Source: Polyangiaceae bacterium
GTDB lineage: Bacteria; Myxococcota_A; Polyangia; Polyangiales; Polyangiaceae
Assembly (NCBI GenBank): GCA_035063585.1
Contig: JAPSGB010000011.1
Coordinates: 1-64,000 of the forward strand
Direction of reading: 5' to 3'
Length of the DNA stretch: 64,000 bases
Positions 39,810 through 48,952 of the stretch are shown one piece after another. Under the pieces are notes generated by a model. It was not told the DNA's origin. It was given only the letters and a program-made list of their open reading frames with translations, and did not search any database. A program made the position numbers and the translations under genes. How positions within the stretch are numbered: the stretch's first letter is position 1; each line of letters starts with the position of its first letter.

Positions 39810-40188
39810 GAACCCCTCCGCTCAGTCAGCATATAGCATAGCGGCGGAACGCTTCAACACAATTGCGATGGGAGCTTCGAGAAGTCCTTGAAGGGAGAAC
39901 GGATGGCGCCTGACGCGGCTGGTCGCGCGCGGTATCATGGGGGCTTCGCCGGAGCACGAGGCGAGCGGCGCGGCCCGCCGGCGGCCGGGGCGTCGTCGGT
40001 GATGAGGGGCTCGACGTGCACGGCGGCGGGCGGCCTCGACGCCACCCGGGCGTCGCACGGGACGCGCTCGGGGGATGCGCGCCGTAGGCCTCGCCCCGCG
40101 CGCCCTGGCCGAGGAGCCGCACGCCGCGCGCCGTGGTCGCGCGCCGTCATGAATGGTACTCCTGAGACGACAGCGAGGCGATGGGGCG

Positions 40189-40899
40189 ATGTCGGCGAGG
40201 GAGCTCGTGAGATTGACGACCGGGCGGTCACGGGTGGCGGCGCTCGGCGCGGCGGCTGGGCTGACGAGCGCGCTCCTCGGGTGCGCGCGCCCCGCTACGG
40301 GGCCGTCGCCGAGCGCGAGCCGCTCCGAGGTGAGCGGCGCCGAGGCCAGCGCTCCGAGGCTCGGCCCGAGCATACCGGCGTCGCGCGCGTCCGGTGCGCC
40401 CGCTCAGGGCGCCTCCGCCGACTCGCCCGCACGCCCGGGTGAGCGACGCGCCCCGCTCGGGACGTGCGGACTCGTCGCGCACCTCGAGCGCGCGCCCGAC
40501 GGCCGCTTCAGCCTGGTGCTCCAGAACCGGGGGGCGAGCGAGCTCAGGCTCGTCGTCCCCGGTGACGGCAGCGAGGCGGGCTGGAGGACGCCGGCGCTCG
40601 CCTGGACGGCCACCTCCGGCGGTCGGCCGGTGTCGGTCGAGCCAGCGCGCTGCGGGCTCATGAATCCCATCGACGAGCAGGAGATCTTCTCGCTCTCACC
40701 GGGAGCGGAGCGGCGGCTCACCGAGTGGGTCACGGCGCCGCAACTCCCTGGCGGAGACTACGAGCTGCGCCTCAGGTACCGTAACGACCCGGGGCTCATC
40801 GACAGCCGCGTCACGGCGACGGCCGAGGTGAGACGCAAGCTCGCGGAGAGCTCGGCGTGCGAGGTGGCGACGCCGCCCCTGCGCGTGACGCTCCCGTGA
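40189..40899 (+). CDS. Hypothetical lipoprotein (single Ig-like beta-sandwich)
   Basis: Lipobox LLGC; L.N.G...L, PGDGS, CG.MN, L.PG, G.Y.L...Y. Start uncertain. Confidence 0.65.
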   Translation: MSARELVRLTTGRSRVAALGAAAGLTSALLGCARPATGPSPSASRSEVSGAEASAPRLGPSIPASRASGAPAQGASADSPARPGERRAPLGTCGLVAHLERAPDGRFSLVLQNRGASELRLVVPGDGSEAGWRTPALAWTATSGGRPVSVEPARCGLMNPIDEQEIFSLSPGAERRLTEWVTAPQLPGGDYELRLRYRNDPGLIDSRVTATAEVRRKLAESSACEVATPPLRVTLP

Positions 40900-41058
40900 G
40901 GTGTTCGGCCTCCGAGCGATGAAGGCCGAGCGCTCGCGGAGCCGGTCGTGGCCCGTCCTCCTCGCGAGGGGGCCTCGCCGGTGCGCGCGCCGCGCCGCCG
41001 TCGCTCACCGGGCCCCCGGGTTGCGTCCGGGCCGCTCTCCTGAGATGCTGAGCGCTAC

Positions 41059-41481
41059 ATGGACCTTGACGGACTCGTGAAGAACCTCCTCGGCGAGCTG
41101 AACAAGATCTCGAAGAGCGAGGCGGTGGTCGGTCAGGTCCGCGACGCGGGCAAGGCCAAGGTCATGCCGCTCAGCAAGATCAGCATCGGCTTCGGCGCGG
41201 CCTCGCTCGGCGCGGGCGGCAAGGCGCGCGGCGGGGCCAAGGGCGACGCGGGCGCCGAGGGTGGGGGCGTCGGCGGCGCGGTGATCGTGGAGCCGAAGGC
41301 GTTCGTCGTGGTCGGCGAGGACGGCCAGCCGCACCTGCTCGCGCTCCGCAAGGGCAAGGGCGCGGTCGCGCGGCGGGGGCTCGAGATCATCCCGGGCTCC
41401 GGAGTCGCGCCGCTCTCCGGCGCCGCGCCCACGAAGCAGCTCGCCGCCGAGAGCGGCGAGCCGAAGCGGTCGGGCGGCTAG
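41059..41481 (+). CDS. YtfJ/GerW-family protein
   Basis: SEAVVG......KVMPLSKISIGFG...GGGVGGAV.VEP.AFVVV. Confidence 0.85.
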   Translation: MDLDGLVKNLLGELNKISKSEAVVGQVRDAGKAKVMPLSKISIGFGAASLGAGGKARGGAKGDAGAEGGGVGGAVIVEPKAFVVVGEDGQPHLLALRKGKGAVARRGLEIIPGSGVAPLSGAAPTKQLAAESGEPKRSGG

Positions 41482-41506
41482 TCGAGCCGGTCGCGGCGGG
41501 AGCGCC

Positions 41507-42124
41507 TTGGACACCGCGCTCACGGTCGTCGCGCTCCTCTCCGTCGCGCTCGCCCTCATCGCGCTCGCGCTATTTCTGCCGGTTCGCTGGCGCCTCACGG
41601 TGCAAGGTCGCGGCGAGCCGGACGGCGCCTGGGTGCTCGCCGGCGGGACCTCGTTCGGGCCGCTCGCGCTGAGCGGCGTCGGCGCGCGCGGCGTGCCGGG
41701 CGTCGTGCAGCTCCACCTCTTCGGCCGCCGCGTGTGGCAGCGCGCGCTCGCGCGCCTGCGGAGCGGCTACGCGCGGGTCGCGCGCTTCATCGATCCGATC
41801 GATTTCTGCGTGTTCGTCGTCACCGAGCCGCGCCACGCGCGCATCGAGGCGCTCGACTGCGAGGTGGATTTTTCCTTCGAGGACATCATCACCACCGGCA
41901 AGCTGCTCGGCGCGCTCTACGCGCTCGGGGGCGCGCTGCCGCCGCCGGTCTCGATCCGGCCGAACGCCTCGTGGGAGTCGCTCGATCGCGGGAGCCTGGC
42001 GCTCTCGGCGACGGTGCGGGTGCGCCCCGGGCTTCTGGCGCTCGGGAGCCTGTGGTACCTTGTGAGCCACCTCGAGATCCGCGAGCGGCCGCGCGCCGCG
42101 AGGGGAGCCGCCGACCCGCCATGA
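41507..42124 (+). CDS. Membrane-anchored DUF2953/YtfI-like protein
   Basis: N-terminal TM ending LFLPV; F...D...TG.L.G.LYA motif; position between two YtfJ-like genes. Confidence 0.65.
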   Translation: MDTALTVVALLSVALALIALALFLPVRWRLTVQGRGEPDGAWVLAGGTSFGPLALSGVGARGVPGVVQLHLFGRRVWQRALARLRSGYARVARFIDPIDFCVFVVTEPRHARIEALDCEVDFSFEDIITTGKLLGALYALGGALPPPVSIRPNASWESLDRGSLALSATVRVRPGLLALGSLWYLVSHLEIRERPRAARGAADPP

Positions 42125-42603
42125 CCGACACCAAGATCAACGACATCGTGAAGAACCTGCTCGACGGTATCCACGGGGTGACCAAGAGCGAGACCATCGT
42201 CGGCGAGGCGCAGCAGGCGGGCGAGGCGACCGTCATCCCGGTGCACCGCCTGAAGATCGCCTTCGGCGCCGGCTCGGCGAGCGCGGGCGCGCACGGCTCG
42301 CGGCTCGGCGGCGACACCGGCGGGCAGGGCGTCGGCGGCGCGGTCGAGCTCGATCCGGTCGCGGCCATCGCGGTCGGCAAGGACGGCCATGCGCACCTGC
42401 TCACCGTCGACGCCGACGCGGGCAGCGCGTGGTCGAACCTGCTCGCCGAGGTGCCCGACATCCTCGCGCGCGTCGCGCAGAGCATCGGCACCCGCGTGAC
42501 CCACGAGCTTCGCACCCGCGGGGTGAGCGGCGAGCTCGACGGCGGCGCCGCCGAAGCCCCCGCGGCGGGCGAGCTCACCGGGGCGTCCGAGAAGGGCGAC
42601 TGA
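42121..42603 (+). CDS. YtfJ/GerW-family protein
   Basis: SETIVGE......TVIPV....IAFGAG...GG.GVGGAVELDPVA.I.V; ATG 42121 overlaps the upstream stop. Confidence 0.87.
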   Translation: MTDTKINDIVKNLLDGIHGVTKSETIVGEAQQAGEATVIPVHRLKIAFGAGSASAGAHGSRLGGDTGGQGVGGAVELDPVAAIAVGKDGHAHLLTVDADAGSAWSNLLAEVPDILARVAQSIGTRVTHELRTRGVSGELDGGAAEAPAAGELTGASEKGD

Positions 42604-42731
42604 GAGCCGCTCTTTTCCGAGGGGGAAGGGATGGGATGGTCCGTCGCGGCCGGCGGCGCTCCGCGCGAGCGCGCCGCCGGCCGCGACGGACCGGCACCCT
42701 CACCACCCCGCGGCCGCGTCGCGTGCGCGGC

Positions 42732-44060
42732 TCAGCCGAGCACGCTCGCGATGGCGCGGTCGAGCCGCTCGACGCCCTCCGCGATGGCCTCCGCGGTGAC
42801 CGTGAGCGTGGGGCGGAAGCGCACCGAGCGCGCGCCGCACTTCAGCACGATCATGCCATCGTCGAAGCACTCTCGGACCACGCGATCGCGCGCTTCGGTG
42901 GTCGGCAGATCGATGGCGCACATGAGCCCCCGGCCGCGCGAGTTGGTGACCGCGGGGCGCCGGCGCGCGAGCTCTGCGAGGCCGGCGAGGAGCTCCTCGC
43001 CGCGCGCGCGCGCGTTGTCGAGCAGCCGCTCGTTCTCGATGATCTCGAGGATGCGCGTGGCGCGCACCATGTCGACCAGCGACGCGCCCCAGGTGCTGTT
43101 GATGCGGCTCGGGACCTTGAACACGTTGGTCTCGATCTCGTCCACGCGCGCGCCGACGAAGATGCCGCCGACCTGCATCTTCTTCGCGAAGCAGACGATG
43201 TCCGGCGTGACGCCGAGCTGCTCGAACGCCCACCAGCTGCCGGTGAGGCCGAGCCCGGTCTGCACCTCGTCGAAGATGAGCAGCGCCTCGCGCTCGTCGG
43301 CGAGGCGGCGGAGCCGGGCGAGGAACTCCGGGCGGAAGTGGTTGTCGCCGCCTTCGCCCTGGATGGGCTCGACGAGGATCGCGGCGATGTCGTCCGGGCG
43401 CTCGTCGAAATGGCGCTCGGCCTGCCGGAGCGCCTCGGCCTCGGCGGCCGCCACGCGCGCGAGGTGCTCGCCCTCCAGCGGGAAGACGATGGCGGGGTTG
43501 TCGATCCTCGGCCAGTCGAACTTCGGGAACCAGCGCGTCTTTACCGGATCGGAGTTGGTGACGCTCAGCGTGTAGCCGCTCCGCCCGTGGAAGGCGTCGC
43601 GGAGGTGCAGGATCTGCTGGCCCTTCTCGCCGTTACCGGCGGCGAGGTTCTTCTGCACCTTCCAGTCGAAGGCGACCTTCATCGCGTTTTCGACCGCGAG
43701 CGCGCCGCCGTCGACGAAGAAGTAGTGCGGGAGCGCGGCCGGGGCCGCCGAGCGCGAGAGCGTGTCGACGAATTCCGCCATATACGTCGTGTAGTAGTCG
43801 GAGTTCGAGACCTTCGTGACGCTCACGTGCGCGAGCCGCTCGAGGAACTCTCGGTCGGTTACGCCGGGGTGGTTGAAGCCGAGCGGGTTCGAGGCGAAGA
43901 AGCTGAAGAAATCGAGGTAGTCGCGCCCGGTCACGAGATCGCGCACGTGCGAGCCCGAGCTCCGGTCGGTGTCGACCACGATGGGGTAGCCGTCCACCAG
44001 GAGGTGCTTGCGGAGCGTGTCGTGGACGGCCGAGGCGGCGACTTCGGAGCGGCGAAACAT
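42732..44060 (-). CDS. lat: L-lysine 6-transaminase (class III PLP aminotransferase)
   Basis: GGALAVENAMKVAFDWK, AFHGRSGYTLS.TN, FPKFDWPRI, EPIQGEGGD, DEVQTG, SRINSTWG. Confidence 0.88.
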   Translation of the reverse strand: MFRRSEVAASAVHDTLRKHLLVDGYPIVVDTDRSSGSHVRDLVTGRDYLDFFSFFASNPLGFNHPGVTDREFLERLAHVSVTKVSNSDYYTTYMAEFVDTLSRSAAPAALPHYFFVDGGALAVENAMKVAFDWKVQKNLAAGNGEKGQQILHLRDAFHGRSGYTLSVTNSDPVKTRWFPKFDWPRIDNPAIVFPLEGEHLARVAAAEAEALRQAERHFDERPDDIAAILVEPIQGEGGDNHFRPEFLARLRRLADEREALLIFDEVQTGLGLTGSWWAFEQLGVTPDIVCFAKKMQVGGIFVGARVDEIETNVFKVPSRINSTWGASLVDMVRATRILEIIENERLLDNARARGEELLAGLAELARRRPAVTNSRGRGLMCAIDLPTTEARDRVVRECFDDGMIVLKCGARSVRFRPTLTVTAEAIAEGVERLDRAIASVLG

Positions 44061-44191
44061 CGGGGCTGGACCTCCGCGGCGGGGCGCCGCAGGCTGGAGA
44101 GATTGCCGCGGTGCGGCAGGGAAAATGCCGGCGACGCGGAGCGTTTTAGCTCGCGCCCGGCGGGACCGCTGTGGCTTATACTCCGCGAACC

Positions 44192-44878
44192 ATGCTGGAC
44201 AAGATGGCGGTCGTCGGAGCGGTCGGCAGATACCTCAAGCATCACCCGGAGGAGCCGCTCCGCGTGGCGAAGAACGCGCTCTTCCTGCGCTTCGGGCTGC
44301 CGCTCGATGCGCTCCGCTGGGCGGCCGGCCAGCTCCGCGGCAAGCACATGCCGAAGGACGTGCAGCTCGAGGCGGTGCCCCCCGGGATCCGGGTGGGCGC
44401 CTCGGTGGATCTGATGGGGACGCCGGTCCGCGCCTCGGCGGTCATCTTCATCGAGCGCATCCGCTTCAACGCCGAGGAGCTGCGCGTCGAGGTGCGGCTC
44501 GCCGACGTGGCGCTCAAGGTGCTCGACGACGCGGTGGAGTCGCCGGTGGCGGCGCTGCTCAAGAGCGGCGCGCTCGACCTCTCGAAGCCCGGCAACCTCG
44601 CGGCCTACATGCCGAAGCGCCCGCCGGTGCTGGTGGAGGCCGAGGGTGATCGGGTGGTCATCGACCTGATGAAGGAGCCGAAGCTCGCGCGCGACCCGCG
44701 CCTGGCGCGGCTCATCGGGCTCATCACGCCGCTCCTCGGCGTGCGCGCCATCGAGACGGACTGGGAGCACCTCGACGTCGCGCTCCGCCCGTTCCCGGAC
44801 GGGATCCTCGAGGCCGTGGAGGCGCTCCGCGCCGCGCTCCAGGGCGCCGCGCCGGCCCCCGCCGCGGCGATGGGCTAG
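44192..44878 (+). CDS. Hypothetical protein
   Basis: Strong GC3 codon bias; TATACT 9 nt before ATG; no family recognised. Confidence 0.75.
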   Translation: MLDKMAVVGAVGRYLKHHPEEPLRVAKNALFLRFGLPLDALRWAAGQLRGKHMPKDVQLEAVPPGIRVGASVDLMGTPVRASAVIFIERIRFNAEELRVEVRLADVALKVLDDAVESPVAALLKSGALDLSKPGNLAAYMPKRPPVLVEAEGDRVVIDLMKEPKLARDPRLARLIGLITPLLGVRAIETDWEHLDVALRPFPDGILEAVEALRAALQGAAPAPAAAMG

Positions 44879-44888
44879 CGCGCTTACG

Positions 44889-46583
44889 CTACTTCGCGCC
44901 CGCGAGCTTGGGCGGAGGCGGCGCGGCGGGCCTGGGCTCGGGCTCGCCCGCGAGCCAGGCCCGGAGCCGCCCGAGGCTGAACGGCCGCGAGTAGGCGAAG
45001 AGCGCGAGGAGCGCGAAGGCGTAGAAGAGCCACGACATCGCCGTGAACTTGTCGTCCACCCAGTAATACCTGAGATACACGATCTGGCTGCCCGCGCTCG
45101 CCAGCAGCGCGAGCGGCCCGAGCGGACGTCGCGCCTTCATGAGCGGGATGAGCACCAGGAAGAACGAGAAATAGTAGCAGGTGAGGTTCAGCACCGACGA
45201 GAGCAGCGGCACGCCCATCCCGATGGAAATCCAGAGGGACTTCGTGCGCCGGAGCGCCCACACCGTCCACAGCCCGACGAACAGGATGATGCCGCGGAAG
45301 AGCCAGCGGTGCTCGTGGATGCGCTCCGTGCGGCCGTTCTTCCAGCCCTCGAACGGATCGTCGAGGTTGTCGTCGCGCGTGAAGCGCATTCGGCCGTCCC
45401 AGTTGTGCACGATCATGGTCTCGAGCCCCATCGTGTTGGTGAGCGGGGTGCTCTTGTGGGTCATGATGTGCTTGTAGAAGTAGTAATAAGACTGCGGACC
45501 CGCGATGACGACGCTCGCCGGCACCAGTAGCCCGCCGGCCACGATCGCGCCGCCGATGAAGCGCTTGTACGGCAGGCTGAGCCTACGGCGCTTGATGAGA
45601 TCGATGGCGATGAGGATCGCGGGCCCCACGAACAGCACCACCGGGAACACGCGGAGCGCGGTCGACCAGGTGAGCGCGGCTCCGGCGAGGCCGTATTTCC
45701 GTTTTCGCGCGAAGCACGAGCTCGCGACCAGGAAAAATAGCCAGTCCTGCCTCAGGAACGCGCCGCCCGTCCAATAGAAGTTCGCGGGCGCGTTACAGCC
45801 CCAGAACACCGTGAAGGCGGCCCCCACTCGCCACCCGAACGCCCAGAAGACGAGCAGCACCATGCCGAGGTGCAGCATGATGTCGATCGAGGCGAGCTGT
45901 TTGAAGAAGGTGTCGCCCGCGACCCCCAGGCTGCTGAAGAGCTTCCCCTCCATGGTCCACACGGGCGGGGGGTTGTACCCGTGGTCCTTCTGCATGTTGA
46001 GCCAGTAGTCGCCCGGCGAGGAGTGATAGAACCAGTCGACGTCCTTCTTGAAGGCCTCCCAGGTCGCCGGCGAAAAGTGTGATTTGCACTGCGCCGGATC
46101 GCTGAAGACGAAGGTCTCAGTGGTCGGCTTGATGAGGTTGACGGAGAGATCTCGGAGCTCCCGCTTCCTCACCTGCGCCGCGCGACCGAGCTCCACCTCG
46201 GCGATGGCGGTGCACTCGTAGAGCCGCGTGTACTCGAGCTCCCGGTTGTATTTCGAGCCGAGGTAGTAGTGGAAGAACTCGTGCCGGTGGTAGTAGCGGT
46301 CGTAGCGGACGTTGGGGTTGAAGAAGTCGAAATAGGCGCCGAACCCGAGCACCGCCATCCCGATGGCGATGCGCTTGCGGAGCCGCACGTTGCCGAGCTC
46401 GCCGAGCCGCACCGCGCGCAGCTCGTAGATGAGCATCAGCGCCCCCGCCGCCGTGAGCAGGATGCGCAGCCCGTTCATCGTGTTGGTCCAGCCGTCGTGC
46501 GCGAAGAACGGGTGGTCCCAGAAGAACGCGGGGACCGCGCCGAGGGCCGAGGTGAAGGAGCCGAGCGGGAGGGAGCCGTACAT
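44889..46583 (-). CDS. GT-C-fold (GT87-like) integral membrane glycosyltransferase
   Basis: Polytopic; long first periplasmic loop ending YNPPP.W; LRQDW and RVFP motifs. Confidence 0.7.
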   Translation of the reverse strand: MYGSLPLGSFTSALGAVPAFFWDHPFFAHDGWTNTMNGLRILLTAAGALMLIYELRAVRLGELGNVRLRKRIAIGMAVLGFGAYFDFFNPNVRYDRYYHRHEFFHYYLGSKYNRELEYTRLYECTAIAEVELGRAAQVRKRELRDLSVNLIKPTTETFVFSDPAQCKSHFSPATWEAFKKDVDWFYHSSPGDYWLNMQKDHGYNPPPVWTMEGKLFSSLGVAGDTFFKQLASIDIMLHLGMVLLVFWAFGWRVGAAFTVFWGCNAPANFYWTGGAFLRQDWLFFLVASSCFARKRKYGLAGAALTWSTALRVFPVVLFVGPAILIAIDLIKRRRLSLPYKRFIGGAIVAGGLLVPASVVIAGPQSYYYFYKHIMTHKSTPLTNTMGLETMIVHNWDGRMRFTRDDNLDDPFEGWKNGRTERIHEHRWLFRGIILFVGLWTVWALRRTKSLWISIGMGVPLLSSVLNLTCYYFSFFLVLIPLMKARRPLGPLALLASAGSQIVYLRYYWVDDKFTAMSWLFYAFALLALFAYSRPFSLGRLRAWLAGEPEPRPAAPPPPKLAGAK

Positions 46584-46820
46584 GGTGGTGATTCCGGGCG
46601 CCCGGAGGCTAGCCGCTGCCGCGCGCGGGAGCCGAGAAAAAGAACGGCCCGGGCAGCATTCCTGCCGCCCGGGCCGTCGTAGCAGCCCCTTCCCGGTTGA
46701 GCGCGTCGGGGCCGAGGCCGCGCTCCTCGCGAGGAGGCGGCCGAGCGCTAGGACCTAACGGTCGCCCTCCGGGATGGGGGAATGGCTACTCTGCATGTCT
46801 CGACCACCTCCTCCGGCTAC

Positions 46821-47015
46821 GCGCCGGACACCCCGTGGGCGCCCGCGCGAGCCCGGGGCTCGCTGAGGGAGCGCGCGATGGGGGCGTTTCACGAACGGAG
46901 GCCGCGGCGCGGCCTCGGGCTGACTTCCAGGCGCGGGGGTGCTCCTCCGCCGGACCAATCCGGGAGCCAGGCTCCAACCTGGACGGTGGTTCAGGGGTAA
47001 CACGGGTCACGGCGC
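46821..47015 (+). ncRNA. Candidate 6S-like rod-shaped RNA (strand uncertain)
   Basis: End-to-end pairing GCGCCG/CGGCGC, CCCGTG/CACGGG, GAGCC/GGTTC, central bubble, GGAGC/GCTCC; ~195 nt; 3' ACCTG...GGTTCA...CACGG motif; TACTCT at 46786. Confidence 0.45.
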
Positions 47016-47098
47016 CGCGCCACTTCGACCGCCTGGCCGCCAGGTGTCGTGCGGGCTCGGGTGCCGGTCCGGCGCGGCCGGCGGCGGGGGCCGCGCCG

Positions 47099-47629
47099 CT
47101 ACTCGGGCGCCCGGGTGCGGACCGCGGTGAGATCGTAGCTCATCTCGCAGGGCAGGAACGCGAACCCGCCCTCTACCCCGACGAGCTCCGAGCAGTCGGA
47201 CGACTCGCGCGCGGTGTACCCGAAGCGCATGCGCCCGGCGAAGCTCGGCACCTCGGCGCCCGAGACGGTGAGGGTACCGGCCGCGGTGTCGCGGCGGACC
47301 ACCGTGCAGCCGAGCCGCCCGCGGCCAGCGTCCCGCACCGGGATGACGACCTCGGTGTCGAACCCGAAGGTCACGCCGTCGGCGGCGACGCGACCGGGCA
47401 CCACGTCCTGACCGTTCAGCCAGTAGAGCTCGCCTCGATCGCGCGAGAGCTTCACGTCGAACTCCCAGAGATCCGACGAGCCGAGCGCGCCGGGGCCGCA
47501 GGTCGACGCCTCGAGCCGGCCGATCACGTGATAAGTGCCGAGCTCGTCTCCCGGGATCTTGGCGTCCTTGCCGAGGTTTCCGCAGCCGAGCGCGAGCGAC
47601 GCGGCGAGCACGAGCGGAGCGGGGCGCAT
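47099..47629 (-). CDS. Hypothetical lipoprotein
   Basis: Lipobox ALGC; beta-rich with paired Cys. Confidence 0.78.
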   Translation of the reverse strand: MRPAPLVLAASLALGCGNLGKDAKIPGDELGTYHVIGRLEASTCGPGALGSSDLWEFDVKLSRDRGELYWLNGQDVVPGRVAADGVTFGFDTEVVIPVRDAGRGRLGCTVVRRDTAAGTLTVSGAEVPSFAGRMRFGYTARESSDCSELVGVEGGFAFLPCEMSYDLTAVRTRAPE

Positions 47630-47706
47630 GCCCCGGGGCTAACACCGGTCACCCGGGCGGGGCAAAGTTACGGCGCCGCGCGCGGCCGATCGGGTAAGAG
47701 GGAGCC

Positions 47707-48627
47707 GTGGGCGTCACGGCGTCGGGCTCGATGGGCGGAGGAGGTGAGGCGGGGGTCATCGTGCACGGCGGCGCCGGCGCGCTCCCGGAGGACGCGCGCG
47801 CGCTCCACGCCGAGGGGTGCGTCGCGGCCGCCGAGGCCGCCATGAAGCTCCTCCGGGAGGGCGCGCCCGCGCTCGACGCGGTCGAGCGCGCCGTGCGCGT
47901 CTTGGAGGACGATCCGCGCTTCAACGCGGGCACCGGCGCGTGCCTCACCGAAGACGGCCACGTCGAGCTCGACGCGGCGGTGATGCGCGGCGCCGATCTC
48001 CGCTTCGGCGGCGTGTGCGCGCTCCCGCCCTTCGCGCACCCGATCTCGATCGCGCGCGCGGTGCTCGACGACGGCGCGCACGTCCTCTACGCCGGCGCGG
48101 GCGCGGCCGAGTTCGCGCGGCGCGCCGGGTTCGCGCCGGTAGGCGAGGCCGCGCTCATCACCGAGGCGGCGCGCGCACAGCTCGCCCGCGCGCTGGCGGC
48201 GCGGGCCGGCGCGCCCGCGGGCGGCGGCACGGTCGGCGCGGTCGCGCGCGACCGCGCGGGCGGCGTCGCGGCGGCGACCAGCACCGGCGGGATCGCCGGC
48301 AAGCGCGCGGGCCGCGTGGGGGACTCGCCCATCCCGGGCGCCGGCACCTGGGCGGACGATCTCACCGGTGCCATCTCGGCGACCGGGCACGGCGAGGGGG
48401 TGCTCCGGGTCGCGCTCGCCTCGTCGCTCGCCGCCGCGCTCGCCGCGGGGCAGGACGCGGAGCGCGCCGCCGCCCGCGCCCTCGAGCGACTCGAGCGGCG
48501 CACCGGCTCGCTCGCCGGCGTTATCGTGGTCGCGCGCGACGGCCGGCTCGCGTTCGCGCGGACTACGGCGACCCTGACCTGGGCCGCCGCGTGGGACGGC
48601 GCGGAGCGAGCCTGCTCGGGCTGGTGA
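47707..48627 (+). CDS. iaaA: Isoaspartyl peptidase / L-asparaginase (Ntn hydrolase)
   Basis: HGGAG, LED.P.FNAG.G, ELDAA.M, GTVGAVA.D, ATSTGG, GRVGDSP, SATG.GE. Confidence 0.9.
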   Translation: MGVTASGSMGGGGEAGVIVHGGAGALPEDARALHAEGCVAAAEAAMKLLREGAPALDAVERAVRVLEDDPRFNAGTGACLTEDGHVELDAAVMRGADLRFGGVCALPPFAHPISIARAVLDDGAHVLYAGAGAAEFARRAGFAPVGEAALITEAARAQLARALAARAGAPAGGGTVGAVARDRAGGVAAATSTGGIAGKRAGRVGDSPIPGAGTWADDLTGAISATGHGEGVLRVALASSLAAALAAGQDAERAAARALERLERRTGSLAGVIVVARDGRLAFARTTATLTWAAAWDGAERACSGW

Positions 48628-48652
48628 GGCCGCGCCGGTCGGCGGTCGGGCG

Positions 48653-48820
48653 CTAGCTCGCCTCGGGCGTCGCGGCCGGCGCCGCCTGCCGCTCTTTGCG
48701 TGCGAGCGCCTCGTCGAGCCCGATGCGCGCGCGCTTGCGCTTGCTCAGGTGCTTGCCCTTCAGCGGGGTGGTCAGCCACTCGTGGCGCTTGCGGACGTTC
48801 CAGATCGCTCGGTTCGACAT
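48653..48820 (-). CDS. Small basic protein, 55 aa (below the ORF-track cutoff)
   Basis: Manual translation MSNRAIWNVRKRHEWLTTPLKGKHLSKRKRARIGLDEALARKERQAAPAATPEAS*; GC3-biased codons. Confidence 0.6.
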   Translation of the reverse strand: MSNRAIWNVRKRHEWLTTPLKGKHLSKRKRARIGLDEALARKERQAAPAATPEAS

Positions 48821-48952
48821 GAGAGGCGGCTATCTACCGGACCGCGGCCTCGAGCGCAAGCCCGCGCGGCGCGCCGGTCGGCCAATGGGCCGGCCCGCTC
48901 GCCGCGCGCCGGAATCGCCCCGGACGCCGGCCGCGACGATAGAATCAGCCGG

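Noticed and set aside
39850..40150. Transposase, integrase or attC remnant at the edge of the low-GC island
   Set aside because: No recognisable catalytic motifs, terminal inverted repeats or target-site duplication found.
42732..44060. lat as a marker of a beta-lactam biosynthetic cluster
   Set aside because: No ACV synthetase, isopenicillin N synthase or NRPS nearby; lysine catabolism is more likely.
46755..47010. Short ORFs, or riboswitch/SRP/tmRNA/RNase P calls, in the structured intergenic region
   Set aside because: The ORFs lack codon bias, and the hallmark motifs of those RNA families are absent.
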